DNA of 62,559 nt, taken from contig JBJYWI010000138.1 of the NCBI GenBank assembly GCA_046259385.1, positions 1-62,559 on the forward strand. Reading direction: 5' to 3'. A program made the position numbers and the translations under genes. Below are positions 48,635-58,860 of this stretch, in pieces. The DNA comes from Anaerolineales bacterium. Lineage in GTDB: Bacteria; Chloroflexota; Anaerolineae; Anaerolineales; UBA4823. Under the pieces are notes generated by a model. It saw only the letters and a program-made list of their open reading frames with translations, searched no databases and was not told the DNA's origin. The first letter of the stretch is position 1; the number at the start of each line of letters is the position of its first letter.

Positions 48635-49945
48635 ATGAGTATGCAGGGATCAAAAACAAGTGCACTTTATAAAAAAGCCGCTCAGGTGATACCATACGGT
48701 GTGAATTCAAATTTCAGGTACTGGGGTGCGGATGATACGCTTGTAATCACCCGCGGGGAAGGCGCCTATATTTGGGATGCGGATGGTAAACGATATATTG
48801 ATTACCGTCTGGGTTTCGGACCAATTATACTAGGGCACGCTTATAAGGAGGTTGTAAATCAGGTCCAGAAGGCGATCCAGGAGGGAGTCGTTTTTGCATG
48901 GACGACACCCTGGGAGATTGAACTCTGCGAACGCATCACCCGCATGTGTAATGTAGACAAGGTCCGCCTGACCAACACAGGGACAGAGGCGACCATGCAT
49001 GCCCTGCGCATTGCACGCGCTCACACAGGTCGTGAAAAATTTATTAAATTTGAAGGGCAGTATCACGGCATGGCGGACTATTTCATGTTCAGTACAGCCT
49101 CCACAAACCCGCGCTCATTGGGTTCAAAGCGCAGCCCGATCAACTCCCCAACCACATCCGGAATTCCCAAGGACATCACAAAGTATGTGATCAATCTGCC
49201 ATTTAACGATTTTGAACGGCTGGAAGAGACCATCAACGCTGGCTGGGGCGATATCGCGGCAGTTTTTGTGGAACCAATTCTTGGCAATGCCGCCGGGATA
49301 ATGCCCCTGCCGGGATACCTTGATAAATTGCGCCAGTTATGCGACAAGTATGGGATCGTGCTTGTTTTTGATGAAGTTAAAACCGGGTTCAGAATCGCTA
49401 ACGGCGGCGCCCAGGAGTACTTTAATATCCAGGCTGACCTGGTCACTTATGCCAAAGCAATGGGAAATGGGTTTCCGGTCGCAGCTATTGCCGGGAAAGA
49501 AAAGGTCATGATGACGATAGAACCTGGAGCCATGGCTCATGGTGGTACGTATTCCGGGAATGTGGTGGGCGCGGCTGCGGGGATTGCCACCCTTGAGCTG
49601 CTCGAGACGCAGCCAGTAATCGAAACCATTAACCAGCGTGGCAAGGCTCTGATGACCGGCGTCGGTGAGATCCTGACCGAGGCTGGTATTCCTCACACCA
49701 TAACCGGGGTTCCTCCAATGTTTGGGATTGTAGTGGGCACGGACCTGGAACCGCATGACTTCCGGGGTTATTTCAAGGGTGACGGGGAACTTTATGAAAA
49801 TATTGCTCTCCAATTAATCGAACGCGGTGTGCAGCCGGATGGTGATGCCCGCGAACCGTGGTTCCTGTGTTATTCGCTGAGTGAGGCAGATGTGGATGAA
49901 ACCCTTAACATCTTCAATGACTCAGTTAAAGCCGCAAAGGGCTGA
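48635..49945 (+). CDS. Class III PLP aminotransferase (GSA-aminomutase-like subgroup)
   Basis: WDADGKRYID, GTEATM, FEGQYHG, VFDEVKTGFR, YAKAMGNG, HGGTYSGN. Confidence 0.88.
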   Translation: MSMQGSKTSALYKKAAQVIPYGVNSNFRYWGADDTLVITRGEGAYIWDADGKRYIDYRLGFGPIILGHAYKEVVNQVQKAIQEGVVFAWTTPWEIELCERITRMCNVDKVRLTNTGTEATMHALRIARAHTGREKFIKFEGQYHGMADYFMFSTASTNPRSLGSKRSPINSPTTSGIPKDITKYVINLPFNDFERLEETINAGWGDIAAVFVEPILGNAAGIMPLPGYLDKLRQLCDKYGIVLVFDEVKTGFRIANGGAQEYFNIQADLVTYAKAMGNGFPVAAIAGKEKVMMTIEPGAMAHGGTYSGNVVGAAAGIATLELLETQPVIETINQRGKALMTGVGEILTEAGIPHTITGVPPMFGIVVGTDLEPHDFRGYFKGDGELYENIALQLIERGVQPDGDAREPWFLCYSLSEADVDETLNIFNDSVKAAKG

Positions 49946-50049
49946 TCCGAATAAATTTGTCATCAGAAACTTTCAGTTTGAATGAATATTCTCTACTTAA
50001 TAAACAACAAATTCCTTCATATGAATAAATTATCACAAGGAGTCCAATA

Positions 50050-51186
50050 ATGCGTGCCTTAGTTTTAGGTGGAGCAGGCGCAGTTTGCAGGCATACAACC
50101 CGGGACCTGTCTGATTTCAGTGACTTTGACGAAATCATTGTTGCGGATTACAACCTGGAGTCCGCCCAAGCCCTTATCAACGAGATAGGGGACTCGCGTC
50201 TGTCGGCGGTAAAATTCGATGCCGGAAAGTACGAGAGCATGCTGAAACTGTTCCCAGGCAATGATGTAATTATCAACGGATTGCCGTGGAAGTACGATAT
50301 GCCCGTAACAAGAGCCTGTATTGAGGTCGGAGTAAACGGTTTGGATGTATCCACGGAAAAAGATCAGTGGGATTACGATGTCGCCGCAAAAGAGAAGGAT
50401 ATTTTATTCATCCCAGGTGTTGGCGCGACTCCCGGGATCACAAATGTGATGGCCCGCAGCGCGGCCGATCAAATGGAGCAGGTGGAAGAGGTCCGGATCT
50501 TCTTTGCCGCTTTTCGCAGCCCAGCGCCGGCTCCTGGCTTGCTGATCACCTTTCTGTGGGAATTTCACCCGGACACTAAGGAACGCACATATTACCGGGA
50601 TGGCGAATTTATCTGGGTACGCCCATTCGCCGGACTTGAATTGGTGAGTTTCCCTGGCCAGATCGGTGAGCAGGAAGTCTGCTACATCCCCCATCCCGAA
50701 ACGCGTACCATGCCAAAAACTCTGGGAGCAAAAGCTGTCTCAGTAAAGGGATGTTTTCCTCCCCATGCCATGAGATTGGCGAAATCAATGCTAGAATCCG
50801 GACTTTACAGCGAGGAGCCGATCAGGGTTAAAGGGATTGAGACAACCGCATTTGAAATGATGCATGAAATATTACTTGCCCTTCCCGAGACCAAACAGAC
50901 TCCACTGTGGGCGTACGGCTTGGTTGTTGATGTGATTGGTATTCGGAAAGGGGAAAAAATAACGATCCGGCACTGGAGCGAGCACCCACCTATGGAGGAA
51001 TGGGGCGGAAAAGCGGCTTATTACAAAAACATCGCTATCCCACTGAGCATTGGAGCACAGATGATCGCTTGCGGGGATATCCGGGAAAAAGGTGTACTTG
51101 CCCCGGAATCTGTTCTTGAACCCGGTATCTTTTTCGCCGAACTGGAGAAACGCGGTATTCGAGTGGACCAGGAAATTCTCCAGTAA
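50050..51186 (+). CDS. Saccharopine dehydrogenase family protein (copy 2)
   Basis: LGGAGAV, GVGATPG, HPETRTMP, GVLAPE. Confidence 0.85.
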   Translation: MRALVLGGAGAVCRHTTRDLSDFSDFDEIIVADYNLESAQALINEIGDSRLSAVKFDAGKYESMLKLFPGNDVIINGLPWKYDMPVTRACIEVGVNGLDVSTEKDQWDYDVAAKEKDILFIPGVGATPGITNVMARSAADQMEQVEEVRIFFAAFRSPAPAPGLLITFLWEFHPDTKERTYYRDGEFIWVRPFAGLELVSFPGQIGEQEVCYIPHPETRTMPKTLGAKAVSVKGCFPPHAMRLAKSMLESGLYSEEPIRVKGIETTAFEMMHEILLALPETKQTPLWAYGLVVDVIGIRKGEKITIRHWSEHPPMEEWGGKAAYYKNIAIPLSIGAQMIACGDIREKGVLAPESVLEPGIFFAELEKRGIRVDQEILQ

Positions 51187-51223
51187 GTTCATTCCGGGAG
51201 TGTACGGATTGTAGCCTTTTAGC

Positions 51224-53161
51224 TTAACTAACGCCTAACTGGTCTGCTACCCAGCCCAATTCCAGCTCTTCCAACCTGGCCCGGGTCGGGTTGCCTGTGT
51301 TAACGTCCCAGCCGCAAGCCTGGTAATAATTGTCCATGGCAGCCCGCAACTCATCACGGTCGAGCTTCCAACCATCGCTCACGCCACCTTTCAAAGGTTT
51401 AAACAATTTTTCGGGCAGCTTATCGTTCTGGCGGTCAAATCCCTCCCGAGCATTGAAAGCCCGCATCATATTTATGCGCCGCTCGCCGACTTTCTGGATT
51501 TCCTCTATAGTTAAATCTTCCCATCCGGTTACCGCTCGCACCATTTTGACCATCTCATCCGGTCCGTAAAGCTGCCAGGCTGGACCGTAGACAAACTGGC
51601 AAAGGTTAAGACTGTCCATAGCGCTGTACATCCGCTGCGAGGCAGCTGCGAAGCGGATTTTTTCCGGACTCAACGAGCGGGTTTCTGTACGCTCGTCAAA
51701 ACCCAGGACTGCCATCCGCGCGGTGTAGCATTCGAAATCGTCCTCGATTGCCGGATCATGTTCACTGCTCTGATGGTCAGCGCCGAAGGGGTTGGCAGCA
51801 TAAATGACCGCCAGGGAGCGTTTAACCCGCGGCATGTGGGCAGGTGCCTCCTGTCCCCGGCATGTGATCAGGAAAGCATCTGTCCCGCGCCCGATCCTTT
51901 GGGCAGCCCGCTCTGACCCCTCCGCCAGCAGATCTCCGAAACCTTCTCGTTTTCCGATTTTTTCAGTCAGCCTGACCATACCATCAGCATTGCCCCAGGT
52001 CAGGTCAAGCCCGTCTGTATCTTCGAGGGTCAATACCCCTGCGTTAAATGCTTCGAAAGCCCAGGCGATGGTCGCCCCGCAGGATATCGTATCCATACCA
52101 TACTTGTTGCAGAGTTCATTGGCTTTACAAATAGCAGGCAGATCATCGATAGCGCAGTAATTACCGAAGGTTGAGGTTGTTTCGTATTCAGGTCCGCCGT
52201 AATGCGGGTCGACTTTATACTGCCCTTCAGGAATCTCTACCACCCGTTTACAGCGAACCGTACAGGCGTAGCAGGTGTCCCTCCCAAGGCGGTCCTGCTT
52301 GCCTTCGGCTGAGCCTCTTAACACGGTATCGTACATGGTCGTCCCATCGATCGCTTCCCAGCCGTCAAAAACACCGCTGTTGAAGTTGTATGTTGGCAGG
52401 GTCCCGGATGTCTGATTCGAGCCGGTGGTCTCTGCGGTTCCGTACTTCGCAAGACCGGCAATATCCGAATCTTCCAGGTTCGCTGCGCCCCACTTGGCCA
52501 GCTCGTTGAGCGCGGACTTATCGAAAATCGGCGGGCGATTCTTACCCCGCACTGCGACCGCTTTGAGGTTTTTGGAACCCATCACTGCACCCATACCGGT
52601 GCGTCCATTTGCACGATTTGACATGCTGAAGATACCTGCAAAGCGCACGCCGTTCTCTCCTGCTGGGCCAACCTGAAGAACCTCGATTTTATCGTCTCCC
52701 AGCTCCTCTTTGATGGCTCGCTCTGCCTCTCCTGTGATTTTTCCCCAAAGGTGACTGGCGTCGCGTAGTTCATAGCTGCCCTCGTTGATCCAAAGATAAA
52801 CCGGCTTTTCAGCTTTCCCTTTTATAACAATCGCATCGAAACCGGCAAATTTGAGTTCAGCCGGAAAGAAGCCTCCGCCCTGGGAGTCGCCGACTGCGCT
52901 GGTCAGGGGGGACTTGGCTGCCGCGGTCATCCGGCTCTGGCCTGATATAGCCGCGCCGGTTACTACGCTGAGCGCAAGCACCAGCACATTGTCGGGTCCA
53001 AGCGGATCTGCACCGGATGGGATCTCATTGAGCAAATAATGCAACGCAAGTGCGCTGCCTCCCATGTATTTCCGGTAGAAGGACTCCCCGGGTTCTTCCA
53101 CCTCAAACTTACTGTTTATGAGGTCGACGTGCAGGATTTTCCCGTTGTAACCATATATCAT
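51224..53161 (-). CDS. Aldehyde:ferredoxin oxidoreductase (W/Mo-pterin AOR family)
   Basis: KSPLT, GRTGMGAVMGSKNLKA, CYACTVRC, GPEYET, GMDTIS, LCQF, YY-x3-GWD. Confidence 0.92.
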   Translation of the reverse strand: MIYGYNGKILHVDLINSKFEVEEPGESFYRKYMGGSALALHYLLNEIPSGADPLGPDNVLVLALSVVTGAAISGQSRMTAAAKSPLTSAVGDSQGGGFFPAELKFAGFDAIVIKGKAEKPVYLWINEGSYELRDASHLWGKITGEAERAIKEELGDDKIEVLQVGPAGENGVRFAGIFSMSNRANGRTGMGAVMGSKNLKAVAVRGKNRPPIFDKSALNELAKWGAANLEDSDIAGLAKYGTAETTGSNQTSGTLPTYNFNSGVFDGWEAIDGTTMYDTVLRGSAEGKQDRLGRDTCYACTVRCKRVVEIPEGQYKVDPHYGGPEYETTSTFGNYCAIDDLPAICKANELCNKYGMDTISCGATIAWAFEAFNAGVLTLEDTDGLDLTWGNADGMVRLTEKIGKREGFGDLLAEGSERAAQRIGRGTDAFLITCRGQEAPAHMPRVKRSLAVIYAANPFGADHQSSEHDPAIEDDFECYTARMAVLGFDERTETRSLSPEKIRFAAASQRMYSAMDSLNLCQFVYGPAWQLYGPDEMVKMVRAVTGWEDLTIEEIQKVGERRINMMRAFNAREGFDRQNDKLPEKLFKPLKGGVSDGWKLDRDELRAAMDNYYQACGWDVNTGNPTRARLEELELGWVADQLGVS

Positions 53162-53201
53162 GGTTGGATCTCCTTTGTGTAAAAAAATAGGTCTGTAATT
53201 A

Positions 53202-53774
53202 TTATCCTGTCATGTTTGCGCTTGTGCCCAGTTCATGTCCGAGCTGGTAAGCGCGCTGCATAAGGTCGGGTTGATTCTTAATATCCCCGATCTCATCCGC
53301 GCTTCCGTAAACCATGCCCGCGATCTGCGCCTTTAAGTAACGGCACATTGATTCATAGGTGTGGATGGCGTTGATTCCCCCGGAAGTGTACAGGTCGCTG
53401 TCGGCGTAGGTCAGGATGAAACCAAATCGTTTGTTTTGAAATTTTCCAGGCGTATGGGAAAGGGCATACCAGCGGTCGATGCATGCTTTCGCCTGGGCGC
53501 TGATTGTGAACCAGTATACCGGACTGGCAACGACGATCGAGCTGGCTCTCTCAAGCAGAGGGTAGATTCGTTGCATTTCATCATTAATAATGCACACACC
53601 GGTATCCTGGCATTCGTCGCAAGCATCGCATGGACGAATGTCCATGTCATGCAGCATGAAGCTCTTGATACTAGCTCCAGCGGCTTTTGCCCCCGCTTCT
53701 AACTGTCCAGCGAGGGTGTTGCTGTTTCCCTTAACCCGTGGGCTGCTCTTCAGAACCAGAACGAGTTCGCTCAT
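53202..53774 (-). CDS. Flavodoxin family / iron-sulfur flavoprotein
   Basis: SPRVKGNS, CDACDEC...C, SPVYW, IDR. Confidence 0.85.
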   Translation of the reverse strand: MSELVLVLKSSPRVKGNSNTLAGQLEAGAKAAGASIKSFMLHDMDIRPCDACDECQDTGVCIINDEMQRIYPLLERASSIVVASPVYWFTISAQAKACIDRWYALSHTPGKFQNKRFGFILTYADSDLYTSGGINAIHTYESMCRYLKAQIAGMVYGSADEIGDIKNQPDLMQRAYQLGHELGTSANMTG

Positions 53775-53888
53775 TATTAGCTCCAATAAAATTTTGTAAT
53801 TTAAAAAGGTCTCACTGGTCCAGAAATTCGATATATTTAAGCCGGAAAGTTTGAACCTTTTATTTCACTGTAAACAGAAGGTCTGAAA

Positions 53889-54122
53889 TTATCCTCCGCT
53901 GATGGATGAGAATATTTTAACCTGATCACCGTTTTTTAGCAGCCGCGATTGATTCGTTTCGTGTTTATTATTAACGCTGATAACAACCCTGCTATGGATT
54001 TTTAGTTTTTCCAGCAGGTCTTCCAGAGTTGCGCCTTCATCAAGATCTATCACCGCCCGACCTTTTGCATCCGGGGGAAGTTTTTCGCGCAGAATGGAAT
54101 ACAATTTCAGGTGGATTTGCAC
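53889..54122 (-). CDS. MoaD/ThiS family sulfur carrier
   Basis: 77 aa ubiquitin-like protein ending in ISGG; upstream of the AOR genes. Confidence 0.85.
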   Translation of the reverse strand: MQIHLKLYSILREKLPPDAKGRAVIDLDEGATLEDLLEKLKIHSRVVISVNNKHETNQSRLLKNGDQVKIFSSISGG

Positions 54123-54384
54123 AGTTCTCTCAATCAGAGGCCCATCCGGAGGAGAGTGAATTAAGGTGCTTCACGGGTGGGTTTTAAAACGATTCAAGTA
54201 TAAACCATCGTTCCCACTTTTATAATAGTCGTATCTGTGAATAAACTCCACCCGGTTATAATTTTCCTAAAAATTTTCTTTAACGCACGTTTGATCTTTA
54301 ATCCGTGCTGATAGGTCCACAATGCAATATTGAATTGTGGTCAAGCTTCATCACAATTTAAAACTCGATCAAGAAAGGAAGAGA

Positions 54385-55440
54385 ATGCCAGAAACAGTCA
54401 CCAGATTAAAGCTGTCCGGCTCTCATGAGGAGATCGGATTTGCACATGGGCTTTTGTTGAAGCAGCAGGTCAGGCGCAATATTGAATTTTATAAAGCCCT
54501 GTTTCTCGCCAGATTGGGGGACGAATCCAGGATTTTGAAATCTGCAGACTTCTTCAGAAAAGCAATTAAATCTTATAATCCGGAGTTTGCAGTCGAAATT
54601 GACTCCATCGCCCTAGGCGCAGGAATATCTGAGCCATTATGGTTATATGCCCTGAACGCCAGGACCGAACTCACACTCGCGGGGCAGATTAATGAGTGCA
54701 CCGCGGTTGCTTTCCCGGAAGTTGGTTTGATTGGCCAGACCTGGGATTGGGCTGAATCCCTCCTGGATAATTTTGTGATCATGCAGATCGATCTCCCGTC
54801 TGGGATAAGTACCCTTCAGCTCACCGAGGCTGGAATAATTGGTAAGATCGGCATGAACAACCTCGGTCTGGGTGTGACTCTCAATATTCACTGGGTGCCC
54901 GGGATCCATTTTTCTGGCATACCAGTACATATCCTACTGCGTGCTGTCCTTGAATCGGGATCGCTTGATGAGGCAAAGAATGCCATCTACCGGTCTGGAG
55001 GCGGCAAAGCCAGCAACCTGATCGTCTGCCAGGGTGGTTCGGGCTTTGATGTAGAGTTTTACGGCGAAGGTTCCGTTTTCCATAAAATTGAAGATCCTGC
55101 TTACGTGCATACCAATCACTTGATTCATGCTAGGGCTGGTCTTCAGGTCGAAAGCACCAATTTGGCCGGATCTATAGCCCGGTTTAATGCGGTGAAGAAA
55201 GCCTTTGCGACAAGCCGGGATTACTCCCGGAAGAAAATGGTGTCTATCCTTTCCGAATGTCCGGGTGGGGAGGGTTCCGTCCTGGCATGCTATAAGCCGG
55301 ATATCCAGTCCGGGCTGGGGTATATAGGTACACTTGCGACAGTGGTTATGGATCTTTCCGAAAAACGGATGTATGTGCGTAAAGGCAACCCTTCTCTTGA
55401 TTCATTTTCTATTCGAAATTTCATTCAATACAGCATTTGA
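54385..55440 (+). CDS. C45 family (Ntn) autoproteolytic acyltransferase/peptidase
   Basis: LNARTE, NECT nucleophile, QTWDW, KIGMN, HTNH. Confidence 0.85.
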   Translation: MPETVTRLKLSGSHEEIGFAHGLLLKQQVRRNIEFYKALFLARLGDESRILKSADFFRKAIKSYNPEFAVEIDSIALGAGISEPLWLYALNARTELTLAGQINECTAVAFPEVGLIGQTWDWAESLLDNFVIMQIDLPSGISTLQLTEAGIIGKIGMNNLGLGVTLNIHWVPGIHFSGIPVHILLRAVLESGSLDEAKNAIYRSGGGKASNLIVCQGGSGFDVEFYGEGSVFHKIEDPAYVHTNHLIHARAGLQVESTNLAGSIARFNAVKKAFATSRDYSRKKMVSILSECPGGEGSVLACYKPDIQSGLGYIGTLATVVMDLSEKRMYVRKGNPSLDSFSIRNFIQYSI

Positions 55441-55471
55441 GCGTTTAAAAATCAATAAAGGGGAATCAATT

Positions 55472-56100
55472 ATGGATAAGGAAGAAACTCTCGCAAAACA
55501 AAAGGGTTACCTCTGGCCTAACCAGTTGCTTTACTACACCGAACCGCTACTGCTCGAGCGCGGCGAGGATATATATGTACGGGATGTTGACGGTGAGAGG
55601 TACTTGGGTTTCTGCGGAGGAATCCTGACAGCCAGCGTCGGACATAATAACCCGGTAGTTAACCAGCGCATCAAGGAGCAGGTGGATAAACTCCTACATA
55701 GCTCCGCTCTGTACCCGCACGAAAACCAGGTCGCCCTGACTGAAGGTCTGGCTGGTATCACTCCCGGCGATTTGGAGTCATTTTATTTCAACGCCTCCGG
55801 TATAGACGCTGACGAAACCGCTGTTGTCACTGCCCAGGTTTTTACCGGCAACCAGGAGGTGATTGCCCTGAGGCGCGACTACAGCGGCAAATCGCCGGTG
55901 GCAGTGCCGCTAACCAGCCAGCAGCCCTTGCGGATAGGCCCGAACCATATCGGGTACATCCGCCATGCGCTAGCAAAGGCAGCCTGTACAGCAATTCTCT
56001 GCGCATCGCGCCCCCTCTGACATTAAAGGAGGAGCATATTCGGGAAACCCTTGAAAAGCTGGGCTTCTGCTTTGGGCAGGTTATGGAGTTGAATTTTTAG
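55472..56100 (+). pseudogene. Class III aminotransferase pseudogene (internal deletion plus frameshift)
   Basis: N-terminal half (DVDGERYL, VGHNNP) runs to about 55970; the C-terminal SKGSLYSNSLRIAPPL...TAG lies in another frame at 55972-56100; the central PLP-lysine region is missing. Confidence 0.8.
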
Positions 56101-56131
56101 TTTTCCCATATAAAAACCTCGGGAGTGAGGC

Positions 56132-56962
56132 ATGCAGGAAATCTATGTGCGTTTATACAAGCCGTCAGGTCAGCCGGGACCGGATTACTGGTTTTATTTT
56201 GCTGATCGGCTTACCCAACTTGCGAGCATACAGGATGAGGCTGTGATTCTGGATATTGGAACGTTCGACGGCAACGTCCTTTTCAAAGCCATGAATAAGG
56301 TCCCTGATCTAGATTATGCAGTGGGGATTGACATTGATAAAGATGGTTTCAATGCTGGCATTTCCGAAGCAAATAATAGTGGCAGGAGGGAAAAAGTTGG
56401 ATTTGTACAAATGGATTCGAATGCGCTTGGTTTCCAACCAGAAACATTCGATAATGCGTTGGCTAATTTTCTGGGATTTGATGACTTCTATGACTTTGAA
56501 AAACTGGAATTTAAAAACTCAAGCAAAATGATGAAAGAAATGATTAGAATTCTTAAGCCGGGCGGTCAGGTCGGAATTGGATCATGGGTTGAACAAAGCG
56601 ACATTGATTGGATAGTAGAAGAATTCTTGAATTATTTTCCCGATATATCAGCATCTTATGGAACGGGCTTTTCATGCTATTCCAAGGAGAATCCAGAAGG
56701 TCAAAAGGCTATTTTAAAGAATTGCGGTTTTGAGGATATTCGAGTGTATGTAGAGAAGGCAGATTTTGTTTCCCCCGAACTAGACACTTGGTGGCATCAG
56801 ATGGAACGCGCCTCCGGGGAATATTTCTTGGGGGTGCCAGATCCGGAAAAATTGGATGGCTTTAAGGAGCAGGTCTTTGCTGATTTGGAGCAGTTCCGGT
56901 GCCGGCAGGGTATTCGGTTTAGCAAAAGCGTGTCATTTGCCTTCGGCACCAAACCTCGCTGA
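56132..56962 (+). CDS. Class I SAM-dependent methyltransferase
   Basis: ILDIGTFDG, VGID, RILKPGG. Confidence 0.8.
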   Translation: MQEIYVRLYKPSGQPGPDYWFYFADRLTQLASIQDEAVILDIGTFDGNVLFKAMNKVPDLDYAVGIDIDKDGFNAGISEANNSGRREKVGFVQMDSNALGFQPETFDNALANFLGFDDFYDFEKLEFKNSSKMMKEMIRILKPGGQVGIGSWVEQSDIDWIVEEFLNYFPDISASYGTGFSCYSKENPEGQKAILKNCGFEDIRVYVEKADFVSPELDTWWHQMERASGEYFLGVPDPEKLDGFKEQVFADLEQFRCRQGIRFSKSVSFAFGTKPR

Positions 56963-57122
56963 AATTTGCGGATCAGGTGAATATTCGCTGGCCTGATAAT
57001 GCCGGTATTTATAGGTATACAATAAAAAGTTAACGGAAATTGGAAACCTCTTCCATCAGCATCCCTTTTTAGAAGCTCGGCGAATTATAGGTTTTTATGA
57101 CAAATATTGATTGGAGATAATT

Positions 57123-57938
57123 ATGACAGCGATCAAACATTTTATTAAATTACATTCTCTGGTTGTATTTTTTACCTTGGCATTTGTAATCTCATGGGGT
57201 GCTATTCTAATTATGGTTGGTTCAGAAGGAATCCCTGCAACTGCAGAACAGCTGGGGGTATTGATAATTGCCATGCTCCTCGGACCAAGTGTAGCAGGTG
57301 TCCTCATGATAGGTCTCGTCTCTGGCAGGGAGGGTTTTTGTGAACTTCGATCACGATTGCTTCGCTGGCGGGTGGGGAACCGGTGGTATGCAGTTGCGCT
57401 TCTGACTGCCCCAATCTGTACAGCTGTTGCGCTAATTGTTCTTTCACTTTACTCCCACCATTTTATCCCTGCGATATCCACTTCGGATGAAAAGGCAGCT
57501 CTTTTGATAATGTGGGTCTTAGGAGGTCTTTTTGTCGGTTTCTTTGAAGAGCTGGGATGGACGGGGTTCGCTGTTCCACAGATGAGGTTGAACCACGGAA
57601 TTTTCAAAACCGGCCTTATTGTAGGCCTCCTGTGGGGAGCTTGGCACTTCCTTGTGAATTTGGAAATAGACAGCTTTTCTGGAGTGCTCCCCCTAGCCTT
57701 ATTGCTAGCTCGCCTTTTCTCTTGGCTGCCCGCCTATAGAATTTTGATGGTATGGGTCTATGATCGAACCGAAAGTCTGCTTATTGTGATGCTCATGCAT
57801 GTTAGTCTAGTCGTTACAACAGGGGTTATTGACCCTGTTCTGTCTGGGGAGAGGCTCTTAATATTTCTCCTTGCGAAGGCTGCTGTGCTCTGGATCATTG
57901 TTGCAGTTCTAGCAGCAACTCAACGACAGTCAGCTTGA
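57123..57938 (+). CDS. CPBP (CAAX protease/Abi) family intramembrane metalloprotease
   Basis: EELGWTG, WGAWH, LMH; multi-TM. Confidence 0.85.
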   Translation: MTAIKHFIKLHSLVVFFTLAFVISWGAILIMVGSEGIPATAEQLGVLIIAMLLGPSVAGVLMIGLVSGREGFCELRSRLLRWRVGNRWYAVALLTAPICTAVALIVLSLYSHHFIPAISTSDEKAALLIMWVLGGLFVGFFEELGWTGFAVPQMRLNHGIFKTGLIVGLLWGAWHFLVNLEIDSFSGVLPLALLLARLFSWLPAYRILMVWVYDRTESLLIVMLMHVSLVVTTGVIDPVLSGERLLIFLLAKAAVLWIIVAVLAATQRQSA

Positions 57939-57987
57939 GTGTTTTGTAAATGTTCGAATCAATAAAAAATTTTCTGGGACAGTTCAA

Positions 57988-58821
57988 ATGACAAAAATGT
58001 TAATTAGAGGAATCTCCTTGTTCGTAAAAGTCACCGGAGATGGACATCCGTTAGTATTAATGCATGGTGGTCCAGGGGTCGACCACACTACGATGCTGCC
58101 ATTTCTCCCTCTCTCGGATCACTTTAAACTGGTCTTTTATGACCATCGCTGCAATGGGCGTTCCGAAAGAGCTGCTATAACATCTATGACCTGGGAGAAC
58201 CTGACTGCGGATGCAGAAGCGCTGCGCCAGGCGCTAGGAGTGGATAAGTGGTCAGTGCTTGGGCATTCCTTTGGGGGGATGGTCGCTTTGGAGTATGCGC
58301 TTCGATTTCCGCAAAGCCTGTCACATCTTGTGCTAATGGACACTTGTGGAGATAGCAGCTGGGTTCAACAGAGCGCGCCTGAGATTCTTGCAAAACGCGG
58401 TTACAGTCTTGCGACAGTCAAGATCGCCCAACGATTCTTTAATGGGCAGATTGAACCCAATGAAATGGTTACAGCCATGCGGAGATTTGGAAGCGCATAC
58501 TACCACCGCTTTAACCCTTTGGTGCTCATCCGCGAAGTCGTCTTGGGAACGCGTATGAAGCTCAGTCCTGAGGCGCTCATATTTGGGTTCGGTCAATTGC
58601 TTAAGGGCTGGACGGTTATGGATCGGCTCAACGAAATCAAAGTTCCAACTCTGGTTTTAGCAGGCAGGGACGATTTTCAATTTCCGCCCGAACATCAAGC
58701 GGCATTATCAGCTGGAATAGAGGGCTCACGCCTAGAGATTATCGAGCGTGCAGGTCATAATGCACAATCAGAGCGACCTTTAGAAGTAATGGAGGTAATC
58801 ACGGGATTTATCGATTTCTAA
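57988..58821 (+). CDS. Alpha/beta hydrolase (proline iminopeptidase-like)
   Basis: HGGPG, YDHRCNGRS, GHSFGG, AGH. Confidence 0.85.
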   Translation: MTKMLIRGISLFVKVTGDGHPLVLMHGGPGVDHTTMLPFLPLSDHFKLVFYDHRCNGRSERAAITSMTWENLTADAEALRQALGVDKWSVLGHSFGGMVALEYALRFPQSLSHLVLMDTCGDSSWVQQSAPEILAKRGYSLATVKIAQRFFNGQIEPNEMVTAMRRFGSAYYHRFNPLVLIREVVLGTRMKLSPEALIFGFGQLLKGWTVMDRLNEIKVPTLVLAGRDDFQFPPEHQAALSAGIEGSRLEIIERAGHNAQSERPLEVMEVITGFIDF

Positions 58822-58860
58822 AGTCCCAGATGCGACAGAATCTGATCATTATTTCAGCAG

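Noticed and set aside
48635-49945. Calling the aminotransferase hemL
   Set aside because: It is GSA-aminomutase-like, but there are no hem genes nearby, the N-terminal motif is GVNSNFR instead of GVNSPVR, and the context is amine catabolism
54123-54336. Moco/tungsten riboswitch upstream of the MoaD-AOR genes
   Set aside because: No recognizable conserved stems or motif by eye; an Rfam search would be needed
56008-56015. GCGCCCCC as an att duplication of the tRNA-Arg 3' end
   Set aside because: Only 8 bp, it lies within the coding remnant RIAPPL, and no integrase is nearby
56963-58860. Integron cassette array in the accessory patch
   Set aside because: No attC-like RYYYAAC...GTTRRRY structures in the spacers and no intI
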